The notes under the pieces were generated by a model. It was given only the letters and a program-made list of their open reading frames with translations, was not told where the DNA came from and did not search any database. A stretch of DNA of 62,684 bases, counting the filler. It is 4 parts of 4 records of this genome, joined end to end, with 100 filler letters (N's around TTAATTAATTAA, not from the genome) between each part and the next. Parts side by side here need not be neighbours in the genome. Positions count along the whole stretch, not along the records: positions 29,804 to 54,889 come from SRR22947727_839; 3 more parts are not named here. The stretch is one strand, 5' to 3'. Shown one piece after another: positions 37,823 through 48,134 of the stretch. The position numbers and the translations under genes are program-made. Position 1 is the first letter of the stretch, and every line of letters begins with the position of its first letter.

Positions 37823-40228
37823 CTAAGATTTCACCAGGCTGTTGTCTGGGTCGTAAACTGGCCCGTTCAGAAGTCTGGCCGCATAGGGCTTGCCGATGAT
37901 ATCAACAGTGATGCCCTCGACGATATCGGGCTGCATAAAGGCATAGGCGATATTCTTGCCCGTGCGGTGCCCCCAGTCGGCAGAGGTGACCGAGCCTATC
38001 AGCCGCCCGCCGGCATAAAGGCTGTCGCTGGGTTGTGGGCTTGCGTGAGTGGCGTCAATCTCAAGCATCCGCAGTCGGCGGCGTTTCTTGTCGCCGCGGG
38101 CCATGAGCGCTGCTTTTCCTAGGAAGTCTTTGTCGCGGCAGACAAACCGGTCGAGTCCAGTCTCATAGGGGTCAAACTCAGTGATCAGATCTGATTTCCA
38201 GTGGAGATAGCCTTTCTCCATGCGCATACTGTCCACGGCGCGCGCGCCGAAATGTCCGATATCATGGGCGGCGCCGGCCCGCATCAGCGCCGAGTAAGCG
38301 GCGAAGAGCGCGGAATTGGGAAGGTGGATTTCATAGGCCAATTCACCTGAAAAGCTCACCGACATGACGATTGCCGGCGCATGCCCAATGCGGGCCTCGC
38401 GGACCGAAAGCCAAGGAAAGCCTGCGGCTGACCAATCGCCTCTGGCGCAAGCGCTGAGCACGGCGCGGGATTTTGGCCCGGCCAAGACTAAGATCGTGTG
38501 GTCATTGGTCAAACTGCGCAGCGTGACGGAGCCATCTTTCGGCAGATGCTTGCTCAACCAATCCAAATCATGGAATTCTGCGGCTGCGGCCGATCCATAC
38601 CAAATGCGGCCATCTGGGAGATTGGCGATTGTGGCTTCTGCTTTCACATTGCCATAATCATTGAGAAGATACCCAAGCCCCACTTTTCCAATTTTGCGCG
38701 GCACGCGAGAGCAGATCATATAATCCAGCCAATCGCGCGCACCTGGGCCGGTGATCTCAATCCGATTGAACCCGTTCACTTCCGCAAGCGCCACATGATT
38801 TTGCACCCGTGCTACCTCGGCTGCGACCAGCTCATGCACCTTTGTGTATCTATAGCCATAGTCTTCCACAAAATCGGGGGTGGGTTTGAAATAGTCCGAC
38901 CGCTCCCAGCCATTGACCACAGTGAAATGTGCGCCGGCCTGCTCCAAGATCGGGGTCAGAGGTGTGGTTTTGGCTTGGCGCCCCGCCGGGCGGTGCTCAT
39001 GGGGCAGATGAAAGCGAAACTCGTTTTGATAATCTTGGATGGCGTAAAGGGACGTCAATTCTTGCGTGGCATGGCCGGTGAAACGCCGTGGATCTAAGGC
39101 CCATGTGTCATAACAGGCCTCCCCATGGACAATTTGCTGTGCCAGTAGCCAGCCGTGACCACCGCCCTCACCAAGCCCGGCCCTGAGACCTATGATGCAA
39201 AAGGCGTTGCGCTTGCCGGGAATCGGCCCAACCAAAGGGGTGCCGTCGATGGTATAGGTGATGGGGCCATTGACCACCTGTTTGATGCCAACTTCCGCAA
39301 GGGCTGGCATACGGGAGATTGCCCCTTCCAACACATCCATAACCCGGTCCAAGTCATCCGGGCACAGATCATTGCTGAATTTGGGATCAATCCCATCCAT
39401 GCCCCAGGTCTTGCACTCTTGCTCATAAAACCCGACCAAGAGACCATTTTTTTCCTGCCGCGAATAATAGTCTGAAATCGGGCAGCGCAGCAGTGGGATC
39501 CGATGCCCGGCCTCCATAACGCCCGGCATATCTTCGGTGATGAAATACTGATGCTCCATGCTTGCGACTGGATGCTCTACTCCCATCATCGCGCCAATCT
39601 CATTGACCCGGTACCCGCAGGCGTTGACGACAATCTCTGCGCGAATATCGCCCTTGTCCGTGTGCACCGTCCAACTGTCATCGGCATGTTGCGTCAGGTC
39701 CGTGACAGAGGTGAAACGGTAGACCTCAGCACCGGCGGCGCGGGCCCGGCGTGCCAAGGCTTGGCAGAGCTGGGCCGGATCGATATGCCCATCACTTGGA
39801 TCCCAGAGGCCGCCCATTAGGTTTTCGGTCGAAATCAACGGATGCCGCCGCGCGCATTCCTGTGCATCCAGCACTTCGAACCCAACCCCCATGCCCTTGG
39901 CCAGGCTGGTGAAATGCGCGTATCCGTCCATATGAGCTTGCGTATTGGCCAGACGGATGCCGCCATCTCCAAAGTTATATCCGACCGGGTATTCAGGATC
40001 TGCGGCCAGCTCTTTGTAGAGTTTGATCGAATGGCTTTTGAGACCAATCATCACCTGCGACATGCCGAAATTGGTGACCTGCGCCGCAGAATGCCAGGTG
40101 GTGCCGGAGGTTAATTCATCGCGCTCCACCAGAACCACATCGCTCCACCCCTCCTGGGTCAAATGGTAAAGGGTTGAGCAACCGGCGATTCCGCCGCCGA
40201 TAACCACAACGCGTGCTTGAGATTTCAT
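37823..40228 (-). CDS. FAD-dependent oxidoreductase with GcvT domain (dimethylglycine/sarcosine dehydrogenase-like)
   Basis: VIGGGIAG; LTSGTTWHSAA; SFSGELAYEIH; RMEKGY; AGGAGG SD upstream. Confidence 0.92.
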   Translation of the reverse strand: MKSQARVVVIGGGIAGCSTLYHLTQEGWSDVVLVERDELTSGTTWHSAAQVTNFGMSQVMIGLKSHSIKLYKELAADPEYPVGYNFGDGGIRLANTQAHMDGYAHFTSLAKGMGVGFEVLDAQECARRHPLISTENLMGGLWDPSDGHIDPAQLCQALARRARAAGAEVYRFTSVTDLTQHADDSWTVHTDKGDIRAEIVVNACGYRVNEIGAMMGVEHPVASMEHQYFITEDMPGVMEAGHRIPLLRCPISDYYSRQEKNGLLVGFYEQECKTWGMDGIDPKFSNDLCPDDLDRVMDVLEGAISRMPALAEVGIKQVVNGPITYTIDGTPLVGPIPGKRNAFCIIGLRAGLGEGGGHGWLLAQQIVHGEACYDTWALDPRRFTGHATQELTSLYAIQDYQNEFRFHLPHEHRPAGRQAKTTPLTPILEQAGAHFTVVNGWERSDYFKPTPDFVEDYGYRYTKVHELVAAEVARVQNHVALAEVNGFNRIEITGPGARDWLDYMICSRVPRKIGKVGLGYLLNDYGNVKAEATIANLPDGRIWYGSAAAAEFHDLDWLSKHLPKDGSVTLRSLTNDHTILVLAGPKSRAVLSACARGDWSAAGFPWLSVREARIGHAPAIVMSVSFSGELAYEIHLPNSALFAAYSALMRAGAAHDIGHFGARAVDSMRMEKGYLHWKSDLITEFDPYETGLDRFVCRDKDFLGKAALMARGDKKRRRLRMLEIDATHASPQPSDSLYAGGRLIGSVTSADWGHRTGKNIAYAFMQPDIVEGITVDIIGKPYAARLLNGPVYDPDNSLVKS

Positions 40229-40383
40229 TGCCTGCCTCCTGATCCGCACCTTATTCCTGGCACATTGGAAGGGGTTTTGAAAATACTTTTCCGCCATTTG
40301 ATAGTCTGACAGCGCGGTTATTTTCCTTGACCGAAGCCCGCGTGCGCGAGACGGTGCCTGCAAAAGCAATCGAAGGGAGTGTT

Positions 40384-41901
40384 ATGGCGCGCGCAACTGG
40401 TGGCAGAGCGGGGCGACATCTGCGGCGCAGTAAAGCCTTGCCGATAAATCCCGCGCCCCCCGGCGGGTTTGGCGGGCAATATAAACCTTTGAGTATGTCT
40501 GATATGGAGCAGATCTACGATGTCGCCCTGCGCTTGCTCGAAGAGCTTGGGGTTGGCGAGGTGCCGGACCGCTTGCGGGATCTCTTTGTGCAGCAGGGGG
40601 TTCGATTCGAATCTGGGCGGATTTATATACCGCGTCGCTTGATTGCGCAGGCCGTTGCCGCTGCTCCAAAAACCATCACTTTGCACGGCCGGGATCCCGC
40701 GCGCAGCATCGAAGTGGGCGGGGATCGGGTGCATTTTGGCACCGGAGGCGCGGCGGTGCAGACTTTGGATTTGGACAGTGGCGATTATCGTGCATCAACG
40801 CTGCAGGACCTCTATGATTTTGCCCGGCTTCAGGACCAATTGATCAATGTCAGCTGGTTTACCCGTTGCTGCGTTGCCACCGATTTGGTTGGAGAGGAGG
40901 CTTTGGATATCAATACAGCCTATGCCTTGCTCGCAGGCACCAGCAAACCTGTGGCCACTTCTTTCACCTTAGCGGACCATGTGGCGCCCATCGTTAAGAT
41001 GATGGATATGGCGGAGGGTCGCGAGGGGGCGTTTTCGGAGCGGCCGTGGTTGGCGGCCCATATCAGCCCGATGATTTCACCGCTGCGATTTGGCGCGGAT
41101 GCGGTCGAGGTGTGTTTTGAATGCGTGGCGCATAATATCACGGTCAGCTGCATCACCGCGGCACAATCAGGGGCAACAGCGCCGGCCACCCCCGCGGCAT
41201 TTTTGGCGCAATCTTTGGCGGAAACATTGGCGGCTCTGGCCATGGTGCATGTGATGAAGCCTGGCCATCCAATGATTTTTTCCAACTGGCCATTCGTGAT
41301 TGATCTGCGCAGTGGAGCGTTCTCGGGAGGGGGTGGTGAGATTGCCCTCATGAATGCCGCATCGGCACAGCTTTCAAATTGGTTGGGCCTGGTCAGCGGT
41401 GTCGCCAGCTCGATGACTGATTCCAAGGCGATTGATGCGCAATATGGTGCGGAGAAAGGGGTGACGGCCCTCGCTGCAGCCTTATCGGGTGCCAATATGA
41501 TCTACGAAAGCGCCGGCATGACCGCGGCTTTGCTCGGGGTTTCTTTCGAAGGGTTTGTTCTCGACAATGATATGCTTGGCAATATTTATCGCATGCTGCG
41601 CGGGGTTGAGGTGACCGATGAGAACCTCGGTTTTGATGTGATTGTGGACGTGGTCCAAGGGGAGGGGCATTTCCTAGGTCATCCCCAAACGATGGCGGCG
41701 ATGGAGCGGGATTATTTCTATCCTGAGACCGCCGATCGAGAGGCGCCGATTACGTGGCGCGAACGGGGCAGCATGGATGCGCAGGCCCGGGCCAAAGCCA
41801 CGGCGCGCACTTTGTTGCAGCGGCATCCGACCTATTTGTCGGCCCAAGCCGATGCCCGTATTCGCGCGGCCTTCGACATCCAACTGCCACCGCAGCGATA
41901 G
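40384..41901 (+). CDS. Trimethylamine methyltransferase (MttB) family protein, no pyrrolysine
   Basis: GTGGAA; SPLRF; QSGATAP; DSKAIDAQ; GHFLG; no in-frame TAG. Confidence 0.9.
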   Translation: MARATGGRAGRHLRRSKALPINPAPPGGFGGQYKPLSMSDMEQIYDVALRLLEELGVGEVPDRLRDLFVQQGVRFESGRIYIPRRLIAQAVAAAPKTITLHGRDPARSIEVGGDRVHFGTGGAAVQTLDLDSGDYRASTLQDLYDFARLQDQLINVSWFTRCCVATDLVGEEALDINTAYALLAGTSKPVATSFTLADHVAPIVKMMDMAEGREGAFSERPWLAAHISPMISPLRFGADAVEVCFECVAHNITVSCITAAQSGATAPATPAAFLAQSLAETLAALAMVHVMKPGHPMIFSNWPFVIDLRSGAFSGGGGEIALMNAASAQLSNWLGLVSGVASSMTDSKAIDAQYGAEKGVTALAAALSGANMIYESAGMTAALLGVSFEGFVLDNDMLGNIYRMLRGVEVTDENLGFDVIVDVVQGEGHFLGHPQTMAAMERDYFYPETADREAPITWRERGSMDAQARAKATARTLLQRHPTYLSAQADARIRAAFDIQLPPQR

Positions 41902-41903
41902 TT

Positions 41904-44207
41904 TTATTCGATTGCGGCCCCGCTGAGCATGGCGTTGATCCAGCCTTTGGTCTCGGGGGTTTTGGCGAGCCGAAGAAAGGCGGCGCGCTCGCGGTCGAAC
42001 ATATCTTGTTCTGTGACCTCCAGCGGCGCATCGGAGCTGGTGTTGACCACGATGGTCGCGATTTCCATGGCCGTGGTTTTATTGTGCGGTTTGAACCAGC
42101 CCTTTGCCAGGCCATCGGCCATGAAGGCGTCCATTTTTGCAAAGATGGCTTGCCCTGGCAGGGTCATTTTTGGTGGCTCTGGCGGTGTGTAGCCCGGGGC
42201 CATGTCGCGGATCATCGCGCTGGCGCGGGTGATGAGCTTGTCGCGGTTCATCACTGTTTCGTCATGACCGGGCCGGAAATACCGAAGTTTTGTAGCCTGT
42301 TCAGGGCTTTCGCCGGTTTTTCCATAACCGATTTGCATCCAGGTTTCCCAAGCGGCGGTCTCTGCATCGCCCGTTGCCTCAAACCAGCGTTGGTAGGTGG
42401 TTTTAACCCCGCCGCCGCCGGGCACAACCCCAACGCCACTTTCCACCAATCCCAGCACGGAATTGGCATGGGTGAGCAGTCGGTCGCAATGTAAAAGCAC
42501 TTCGAAGCCTCCGCCAAGCGAGAGACCCGAGGGCGCGCCCACAACTGGCACGGGGCAATATTTCAGCGCCGCAACGGCTTGTTGGAAGTCATTGAGAAAG
42601 GCGTCCATTTCCCCCCAGGCTTCGCGGGCAATGAAATCGGCAAAGCGGTTCAAATCAACCCCTGCGCTGAAGTGCTGCGCGTCGTTATGGATCAAAATGC
42701 CTGTGCCGTGATCCTCGGCAGCTTGGCGCACGATGGCCATGCTCTCACCTGTGAGTGCATTGGCTTTGGAATGAAACTCCACCAAGCGCAGACCGCCGGG
42801 CAGGCTCCAAAGGCTGGCTGCGCGGTTGCTGGCAATCGGGGTTAGAGTGCGGCGCGTGAGGCTAAAGCGCTCTGTGCCGTCGGGCAGTTGCACGGGTTTG
42901 AGCTGTGATGCAGTTTGATCAAAATTGCGGACCATCAGAGTGCCCTCTTGCACCTGATAGAACGGGCCATGATCTGCGGATGTTTGCAGGGCTTGGGGAA
43001 TGGTGCAGCCGGCGTCTTGGGCCAATTTTATGACCACGTCAGCGCCCAAAGCATCGATCATTTCAAATGGGCCGCGGATCCAGTTGAATCCCATCTTCAT
43101 CGCGTCATCAATGTCTTGCGGCGTGCCGGTGACATCCGGGATCAAAGCGGCCGCATAGGCCAGCACGCGGCCGAGGAAATTGCGACAATATTGGTGATGC
43201 GGCTCTGCGCCTTCGATCATCATGGGCAGGGTTTCGAGCCCATCTTGCTGCGCATTGGCGGCTTTTTGTGCCAAGGCTGGCAGTTCGGTGATGCGTGGGC
43301 GCAGCGCGCCGCTGGTCAAATCAAGGGCTTGATCCTCGCGATAAAACCCGCCCTTGCCTGATTTCAAGCCGGTGAAACCTTCAAAGATCATCCTATCGAT
43401 CAGGGCGTTTGCCGGGTTGTTGGAGCGTCCAACCGCGTGAAATACGTCATTTTCTGGTAGAATATCGCCCAAAGTGTCCACCACATCGGACATGAGGTCC
43501 ACGCCAATCATATCGTAAAGACCAAACACCCCCGTTTTTGGAATGCCCATGGGACGGCCCATCAGAGCATCGGCATGCTCGATGCAAAGCCCCTGTTTAA
43601 AGGCCTCGTCCATACCCACTTGCAGCGCAAAGACCCCAACGCGGTTGCCCAAAAATCCTGGCGTGTCATTGCAAGGAACCACGCCCTTGCCGAGAATTTC
43701 GTCATTGTAGCGCGACAGGCGCTCCATCACATCGGCGCGGGTGTCTGCGCCGCGGACAAGCTCCAAAAGGCGCATGTAGCGCACGGGATTAAAGTAATGG
43801 GTGATGGCAAACCTTTGCCGGAAGGCCAAAGGCATTTCTGCCACCAATAGTTTGATTGGAATGGTGGAGGTGTTGGAGGTGACGATACAGTCGTCGCTGA
43901 TCACCGCATCCAACCGTTTGTACAGATCGCGTTTGATGTCGAGCCGTTCGACCACCGCTTCAACGATCCAATCGCACTCGGCGAGCTTGTCAAAATCGGC
44001 CTCGATGGTGCCAGTTTCAATCAGATCAACATTGCCACGCTGGTGCAAAGGTGCGGGCTCAGACTTTTGCAGCCGTTCCAAAGCGTAATCGGTGGCTTGG
44101 GTTGTGAGGTCCAAGAGGAGAACCTTTTGGCCTGCATTGGCGATTTGGCCGGCGATGCCAGAGCCCATGGTGCCAGCGCCGATCACTGCGATGCGTTTGA
44201 ATGTCAT
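41904..44207 (-). CDS. 3-hydroxyacyl-CoA dehydrogenase / enoyl-CoA hydratase fusion (FadN-like)
   Basis: GAGTMGSG; EAVVE; SNTS; HYFNP; PGFLGNR; crotonase motifs FSAGVDL, LGGGFE, GLVE. Confidence 0.9.
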   Translation of the reverse strand: MTFKRIAVIGAGTMGSGIAGQIANAGQKVLLLDLTTQATDYALERLQKSEPAPLHQRGNVDLIETGTIEADFDKLAECDWIVEAVVERLDIKRDLYKRLDAVISDDCIVTSNTSTIPIKLLVAEMPLAFRQRFAITHYFNPVRYMRLLELVRGADTRADVMERLSRYNDEILGKGVVPCNDTPGFLGNRVGVFALQVGMDEAFKQGLCIEHADALMGRPMGIPKTGVFGLYDMIGVDLMSDVVDTLGDILPENDVFHAVGRSNNPANALIDRMIFEGFTGLKSGKGGFYREDQALDLTSGALRPRITELPALAQKAANAQQDGLETLPMMIEGAEPHHQYCRNFLGRVLAYAAALIPDVTGTPQDIDDAMKMGFNWIRGPFEMIDALGADVVIKLAQDAGCTIPQALQTSADHGPFYQVQEGTLMVRNFDQTASQLKPVQLPDGTERFSLTRRTLTPIASNRAASLWSLPGGLRLVEFHSKANALTGESMAIVRQAAEDHGTGILIHNDAQHFSAGVDLNRFADFIAREAWGEMDAFLNDFQQAVAALKYCPVPVVGAPSGLSLGGGFEVLLHCDRLLTHANSVLGLVESGVGVVPGGGGVKTTYQRWFEATGDAETAAWETWMQIGYGKTGESPEQATKLRYFRPGHDETVMNRDKLITRASAMIRDMAPGYTPPEPPKMTLPGQAIFAKMDAFMADGLAKGWFKPHNKTTAMEIATIVVNTSSDAPLEVTEQDMFDRERAAFLRLAKTPETKGWINAMLSGAAIE

Positions 44208-44221
44208 GCTCGATGTGCCTG

Positions 44222-45010
44222 TTAGAAAAATGCCCGGAGGGCTTTGTTGACGTCAAAAGGGTGTTCGGTGATCGACATATGGCCCGATTGGGCAATTTCG
44301 ACCAGCTCACCCCCTAGCGCAGCCTGCAGGGCCAATCCAGTTTTACGGGGCGTCATTCGGTCCTGGCCGCAGACCACGGTTAAGGTGGGGCAGGCGACAG
44401 ATTGCGCAGCGGTGGGGCCATTGTCATAGGCGTTACAAGCCACCAAATCTTTGTGAAGTGTTCCGGGCGCATTGCCAGCCATAAGGCGGCTGCCGTAAAG
44501 CATATGCGAGGTGCCGGGCATTGTGTGGTCATGAATATGCCCTGCTGTGCCATGGCCCCAGTCCATCATCGCGGCAATGGCCGCGCTTTCGTTTGTTGCG
44601 GCCAGATTGATCAGAGCGTCATTGACCGGGATCGCCAGCGCCGTGCTGATAAAGGCCGCCTTGGCGACGAGATCAGGGTAGCGGCTGGCCAATTCCAATT
44701 CGATCAAACCGCCCATGGAGTGACCGACCAAAATGGCTTTGGGGATGCCGAGCGCTTGCATGAATTGTGCATACCAATCGGCCATGGCCTCCACTGTTGT
44801 GAGCGCCTCGCCCTTCGACAGCCCATGTCCTGGCATATCGGGCGTGATGCACTGAAAGCCACGATTGGCAAAAAAGCGATGTTGCAACATGAAGCCAAGA
44901 TGCGATTGGCCGGAGCCGTGCACGAAGAGCACAACCGGTCCTGATGATGGATCAAAATCGCGCCCGCCGGTTGAGGCAAAAATTTCGACATTATTCAGCG
45001 TCAGTTTCAT
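44222..45010 (-). CDS. Alpha/beta hydrolase
   Basis: HGSG; DMPGHG; GHSMG nucleophile; D (GQDRMT); H (SGHM). Confidence 0.9.
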   Translation of the reverse strand: MKLTLNNVEIFASTGGRDFDPSSGPVVLFVHGSGQSHLGFMLQHRFFANRGFQCITPDMPGHGLSKGEALTTVEAMADWYAQFMQALGIPKAILVGHSMGGLIELELASRYPDLVAKAAFISTALAIPVNDALINLAATNESAAIAAMMDWGHGTAGHIHDHTMPGTSHMLYGSRLMAGNAPGTLHKDLVACNAYDNGPTAAQSVACPTLTVVCGQDRMTPRKTGLALQAALGGELVEIAQSGHMSITEHPFDVNKALRAFF

Positions 45011-46323
45011 GCGCCTGTTCCTTTTGCCTTGGCAGCGGTTAATTTTCCAGCCGTGCGCAGCGCTTGTTTGAAGTCATCGATAATGTCTTTTTGATCTTCC
45101 AAGCCCACTGAAATTCGGATCAAATCATCGGTCAGCCCAGCTGAGGCCATGGCCTCAGAGGTCAGATGTGAATGCGTGGTGGAGCCGGGGTGGATCACTA
45201 GCGTTTTGGCGTCGCCCACATTGGCCAAATGGCTGGCCAGCTGCACAGATTCTATGAAGGCACGACCCGCGTCACGGCCGCCTTTGATGCCGCAGGCAAT
45301 GATTGAGCCTTGGCCTTTGGGCATGAGACGCATGGCGGTGTCCTGATCTGGATGATCAGGCAAGCTGGGGTGTTTGACCCAGGCGATTTGCTCATGACCT
45401 ACGAGAAACTCTAACATGGCTGCGGTGTTGGACATATGTTTTTCCATCCGCAGACCCAGCGTTTCCAGGCCTTGTAAGATGTAGAACGCATTTTGCGGTG
45501 ACATGCAGGGGCCGACATTCATCATGCCTTCCGTGCGGATGCGTACTGACAGGGCCGCCGGGCCAAACTCTTCCCAAAGAATCGCGCCCTGATAGCCGAA
45601 ATGCGGGGTGGTGAGCATGGGGAATTTATCATTTTGGCCCCAATCGAAATTGCCCCCGTCAATCACGGCACCACCCAAAGCAATGCCATGGCCACCCATC
45701 CATTTGGTGAGTGAATGGATCACCACATTTGCGCCCAATTCGATCGGTTTGACCATCCAAGGGGTGTTGAACGTGGCGTCGATGACTAAGGGAATCCCCG
45801 CGGCTTGGGTGATTTTGGCCACAGCCGGCACGTCCATGATATCCATCCCGGGATTGCCGATCACTTCGCCAAAGACCATTTTCGTATTGGGGCGAATGGC
45901 CTCAGCAATGGCTGTGGGGTCATTCGGTGGCACGAAGCTGGTCTCGATCCCGTAGCGTTTCAGCGTATGCTCAAACAGGTTAATATTCGCACCATACATT
46001 TGCGAGGAGCTGACGATGTGATCGCCGGCTGAGCAAAGTGCCAGAACGGTCACAAACAGCGCTGACATGCCAGAGGCCGTTGCAATGGCTGCAACCCCGC
46101 CATCCAAAGCGGCCAGGCGTTGCTCGAGAACGGCGACGGTGGGATTGGTCAAGCGTGAGTAGATATGCCCGCCAACTTCCATATTGAACAGGGCAGCGGC
46201 ATGTTCCGTGCTGTCAAAAACATAGCTGGTGGTTTGGTGAATAGGCACGGCCCGGCTGCCAAAGCGCGCATCGGGGCTTTGGCCGGCGTGAAGCGATAGG
46301 GTGTCGAACTTATAGTCAGCCAT
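45007..46323 (-). CDS. metY: O-acetylhomoserine aminocarboxypropyltransferase (MetY-like)
   Basis: PIHQTTSY; YSRLTNPT; HSLTKW (PLP Lys); LANVGDAK; RISVGLE. Confidence 0.85.
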   Translation of the reverse strand: MADYKFDTLSLHAGQSPDARFGSRAVPIHQTTSYVFDSTEHAAALFNMEVGGHIYSRLTNPTVAVLEQRLAALDGGVAAIATASGMSALFVTVLALCSAGDHIVSSSQMYGANINLFEHTLKRYGIETSFVPPNDPTAIAEAIRPNTKMVFGEVIGNPGMDIMDVPAVAKITQAAGIPLVIDATFNTPWMVKPIELGANVVIHSLTKWMGGHGIALGGAVIDGGNFDWGQNDKFPMLTTPHFGYQGAILWEEFGPAALSVRIRTEGMMNVGPCMSPQNAFYILQGLETLGLRMEKHMSNTAAMLEFLVGHEQIAWVKHPSLPDHPDQDTAMRLMPKGQGSIIACGIKGGRDAGRAFIESVQLASHLANVGDAKTLVIHPGSTTHSHLTSEAMASAGLTDDLIRISVGLEDQKDIIDDFKQALRTAGKLTAAKAKGTGA

Positions 46324-46583
46324 GAGTGTGCTCCTGGGCAAGATTTTCAGCGTCGTTGCTATCGCGCAATGGATCATAGCTCAAGCGTCTGCGCCATGGA
46401 ATTTCATGCGTTACCATCATATATGATTGAAATTACGAAAGTATTGGGAGATGTGACGTAGGGTGAGATTGGGCCTGCACAGGGGGCAGACTGCGCCTTG
46501 CACGATTTTGTCTTGCGCTACGGGCGGGAGATGGGTTTTAATACTTCCATTATGGTATTGATATTTCATGTATTATTTTAGTT

Positions 46584-47990
46584 TTGTTCTTGGTGGCGCT
46601 GGCTTTCTTGCTTTATATGCTCCACCGCAGTCGTGTTGAGCGCCGGAAAATGCGCCGCCTTATTGACCGGTTGCGCCTGTCGAACTCCAAGCTCTCTCGC
46701 TATGTTGATCTTGATGATCTGACTGCGGCGCAATCGCGCCGGTACTTGGTGGATCGGATCGACCGCCACAAGCGCCGCGAAACCCACGCGCTGCTTTATG
46801 TGGATTTGGATGAGTTCAAGACCGTCAATGACACCTATGGCCATGATGTCGGGGATGCGTTGTTGATCAAGGTGACTGATGCCATGGTGGCGGTTTGTCG
46901 TCCTGGAGATTTTGTTGCGCGACTTGGTGGGGATGAGTTCTGCGTCTTTCTTAAAGGCTGTGACTTGGAACGCGCTGGGCAGGTGGCGCGCCGCTTTTTG
47001 CAAGCGGTGGTGGAGGCCGATGTGGAGGTCGCGGGGCGCCGGGTGATCCGCACCGCGAGCATTGGCGTGTGCGAATTGCGGCCAGATCAGAGCATGGAGG
47101 ATGCGTTGAATGTTGCCGACGCGGCGCTCTATGAGGCGAAATCTAAGGGTAAAAATCAAATTCTAGCAGCGGATCAAGATGTTGTGCTCCGCATGCGGCA
47201 AAAACAGTCACGCCCCTCTGCTGAGGAGGTCGGAGCGGCTTTGGAAAATGGGGAAATCACCTATTTTGTTCAGCCAATTTTTGATTTGGAACAGGATCGA
47301 ATTGAAGGGGTTGAGGCTTTGATCCGATGGGTCAAGCCGGATGGTGAGATCTTATTGCCAGACCAATTTTTGGATCTGATGGCGGACAGTTATAAACGCG
47401 GCGTCCGGCCACCACTTGAGGAGGCCAATGCGGCTGCGATTGGATTTTCCAAATTGGACCCGCCGATCTACTGCGGATGGAATATTTCGAGCAAGTTTCT
47501 GAACAATACTGTACTGCCGGGCGCAGACGCGGAATGGCTCAAAGCCTTGCTCAACGGCCTGCCGCCAGAAATGACAGTTTTTGAAATTGTCGAGAGCACC
47601 GTGATTGAAAATCCCGAGGCCACCAAAACGCTCATCAATAGGCTGAGATCCAAGGGCGTGCGGATTGCCTTAGATGATTTTGGCATTGGTATGTCCAACC
47701 TGGAGAGATTGCTGGAATATCCGATTGATATTTTGAAAATTGACCGAAGCTTCGTGCAAAGTCTGACAAGAGGGAGCCGTGAGGGGATTATGCGCGGACT
47801 TGTTGAGATGTCCAAAACTATGGGCTTTGAAATTATCGCAGAGGGAATCGAGACTCAGAATCAATTGGACCTCGTGCGCGCTGCGGGAATCACCCATGCG
47901 CAGGGGTATTTTCTTGGAAAACCAGGGACAGCTGACTATTGGCTCGAAGAAATATTGCGCCGGCGGTCTCAAAAAACGCCATCTGAGTGA
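46584..47990 (+). CDS. Membrane-anchored GGDEF-EAL protein
   Basis: N-terminal TM; RPGD I-site; GGDEF; EAL; DDFG; KIDRSF; EGIE. The start codon is uncertain. Confidence 0.9.
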   Translation: MFLVALAFLLYMLHRSRVERRKMRRLIDRLRLSNSKLSRYVDLDDLTAAQSRRYLVDRIDRHKRRETHALLYVDLDEFKTVNDTYGHDVGDALLIKVTDAMVAVCRPGDFVARLGGDEFCVFLKGCDLERAGQVARRFLQAVVEADVEVAGRRVIRTASIGVCELRPDQSMEDALNVADAALYEAKSKGKNQILAADQDVVLRMRQKQSRPSAEEVGAALENGEITYFVQPIFDLEQDRIEGVEALIRWVKPDGEILLPDQFLDLMADSYKRGVRPPLEEANAAAIGFSKLDPPIYCGWNISSKFLNNTVLPGADAEWLKALLNGLPPEMTVFEIVESTVIENPEATKTLINRLRSKGVRIALDDFGIGMSNLERLLEYPIDILKIDRSFVQSLTRGSREGIMRGLVEMSKTMGFEIIAEGIETQNQLDLVRAAGITHAQGYFLGKPGTADYWLEEILRRRSQKTPSE

Positions 47991-48000
47991 AAATATCGAT

Positions 48001-48055
48001 GTGGATATATTTGAGGGTCGGAACTGGCCCTAAATATGTCATTGCCTATGTCCTA
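48001..48055 (+). promoter_or_regulatory. TauR-type repeats upstream of xsc
   Basis: GTGGATATAT (48001) and CTGGCCCTAA (48024) with a 23-nt period; inverted TAGGACATAG at 48046-48055. Confidence 0.6.
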
Positions 48056-48134
48056 ATAGAAGGGCAGAAATAAATCCACAGAGATGCTGCGAGAGAAAAC
48101 CGTGGCATATTCAATCCCTTTAAGGAGCTGCCCC

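Noticed and set aside
40384..41901. MttB as a pyrrolysine enzyme
   Set aside because: The frame is open with no internal TAG.
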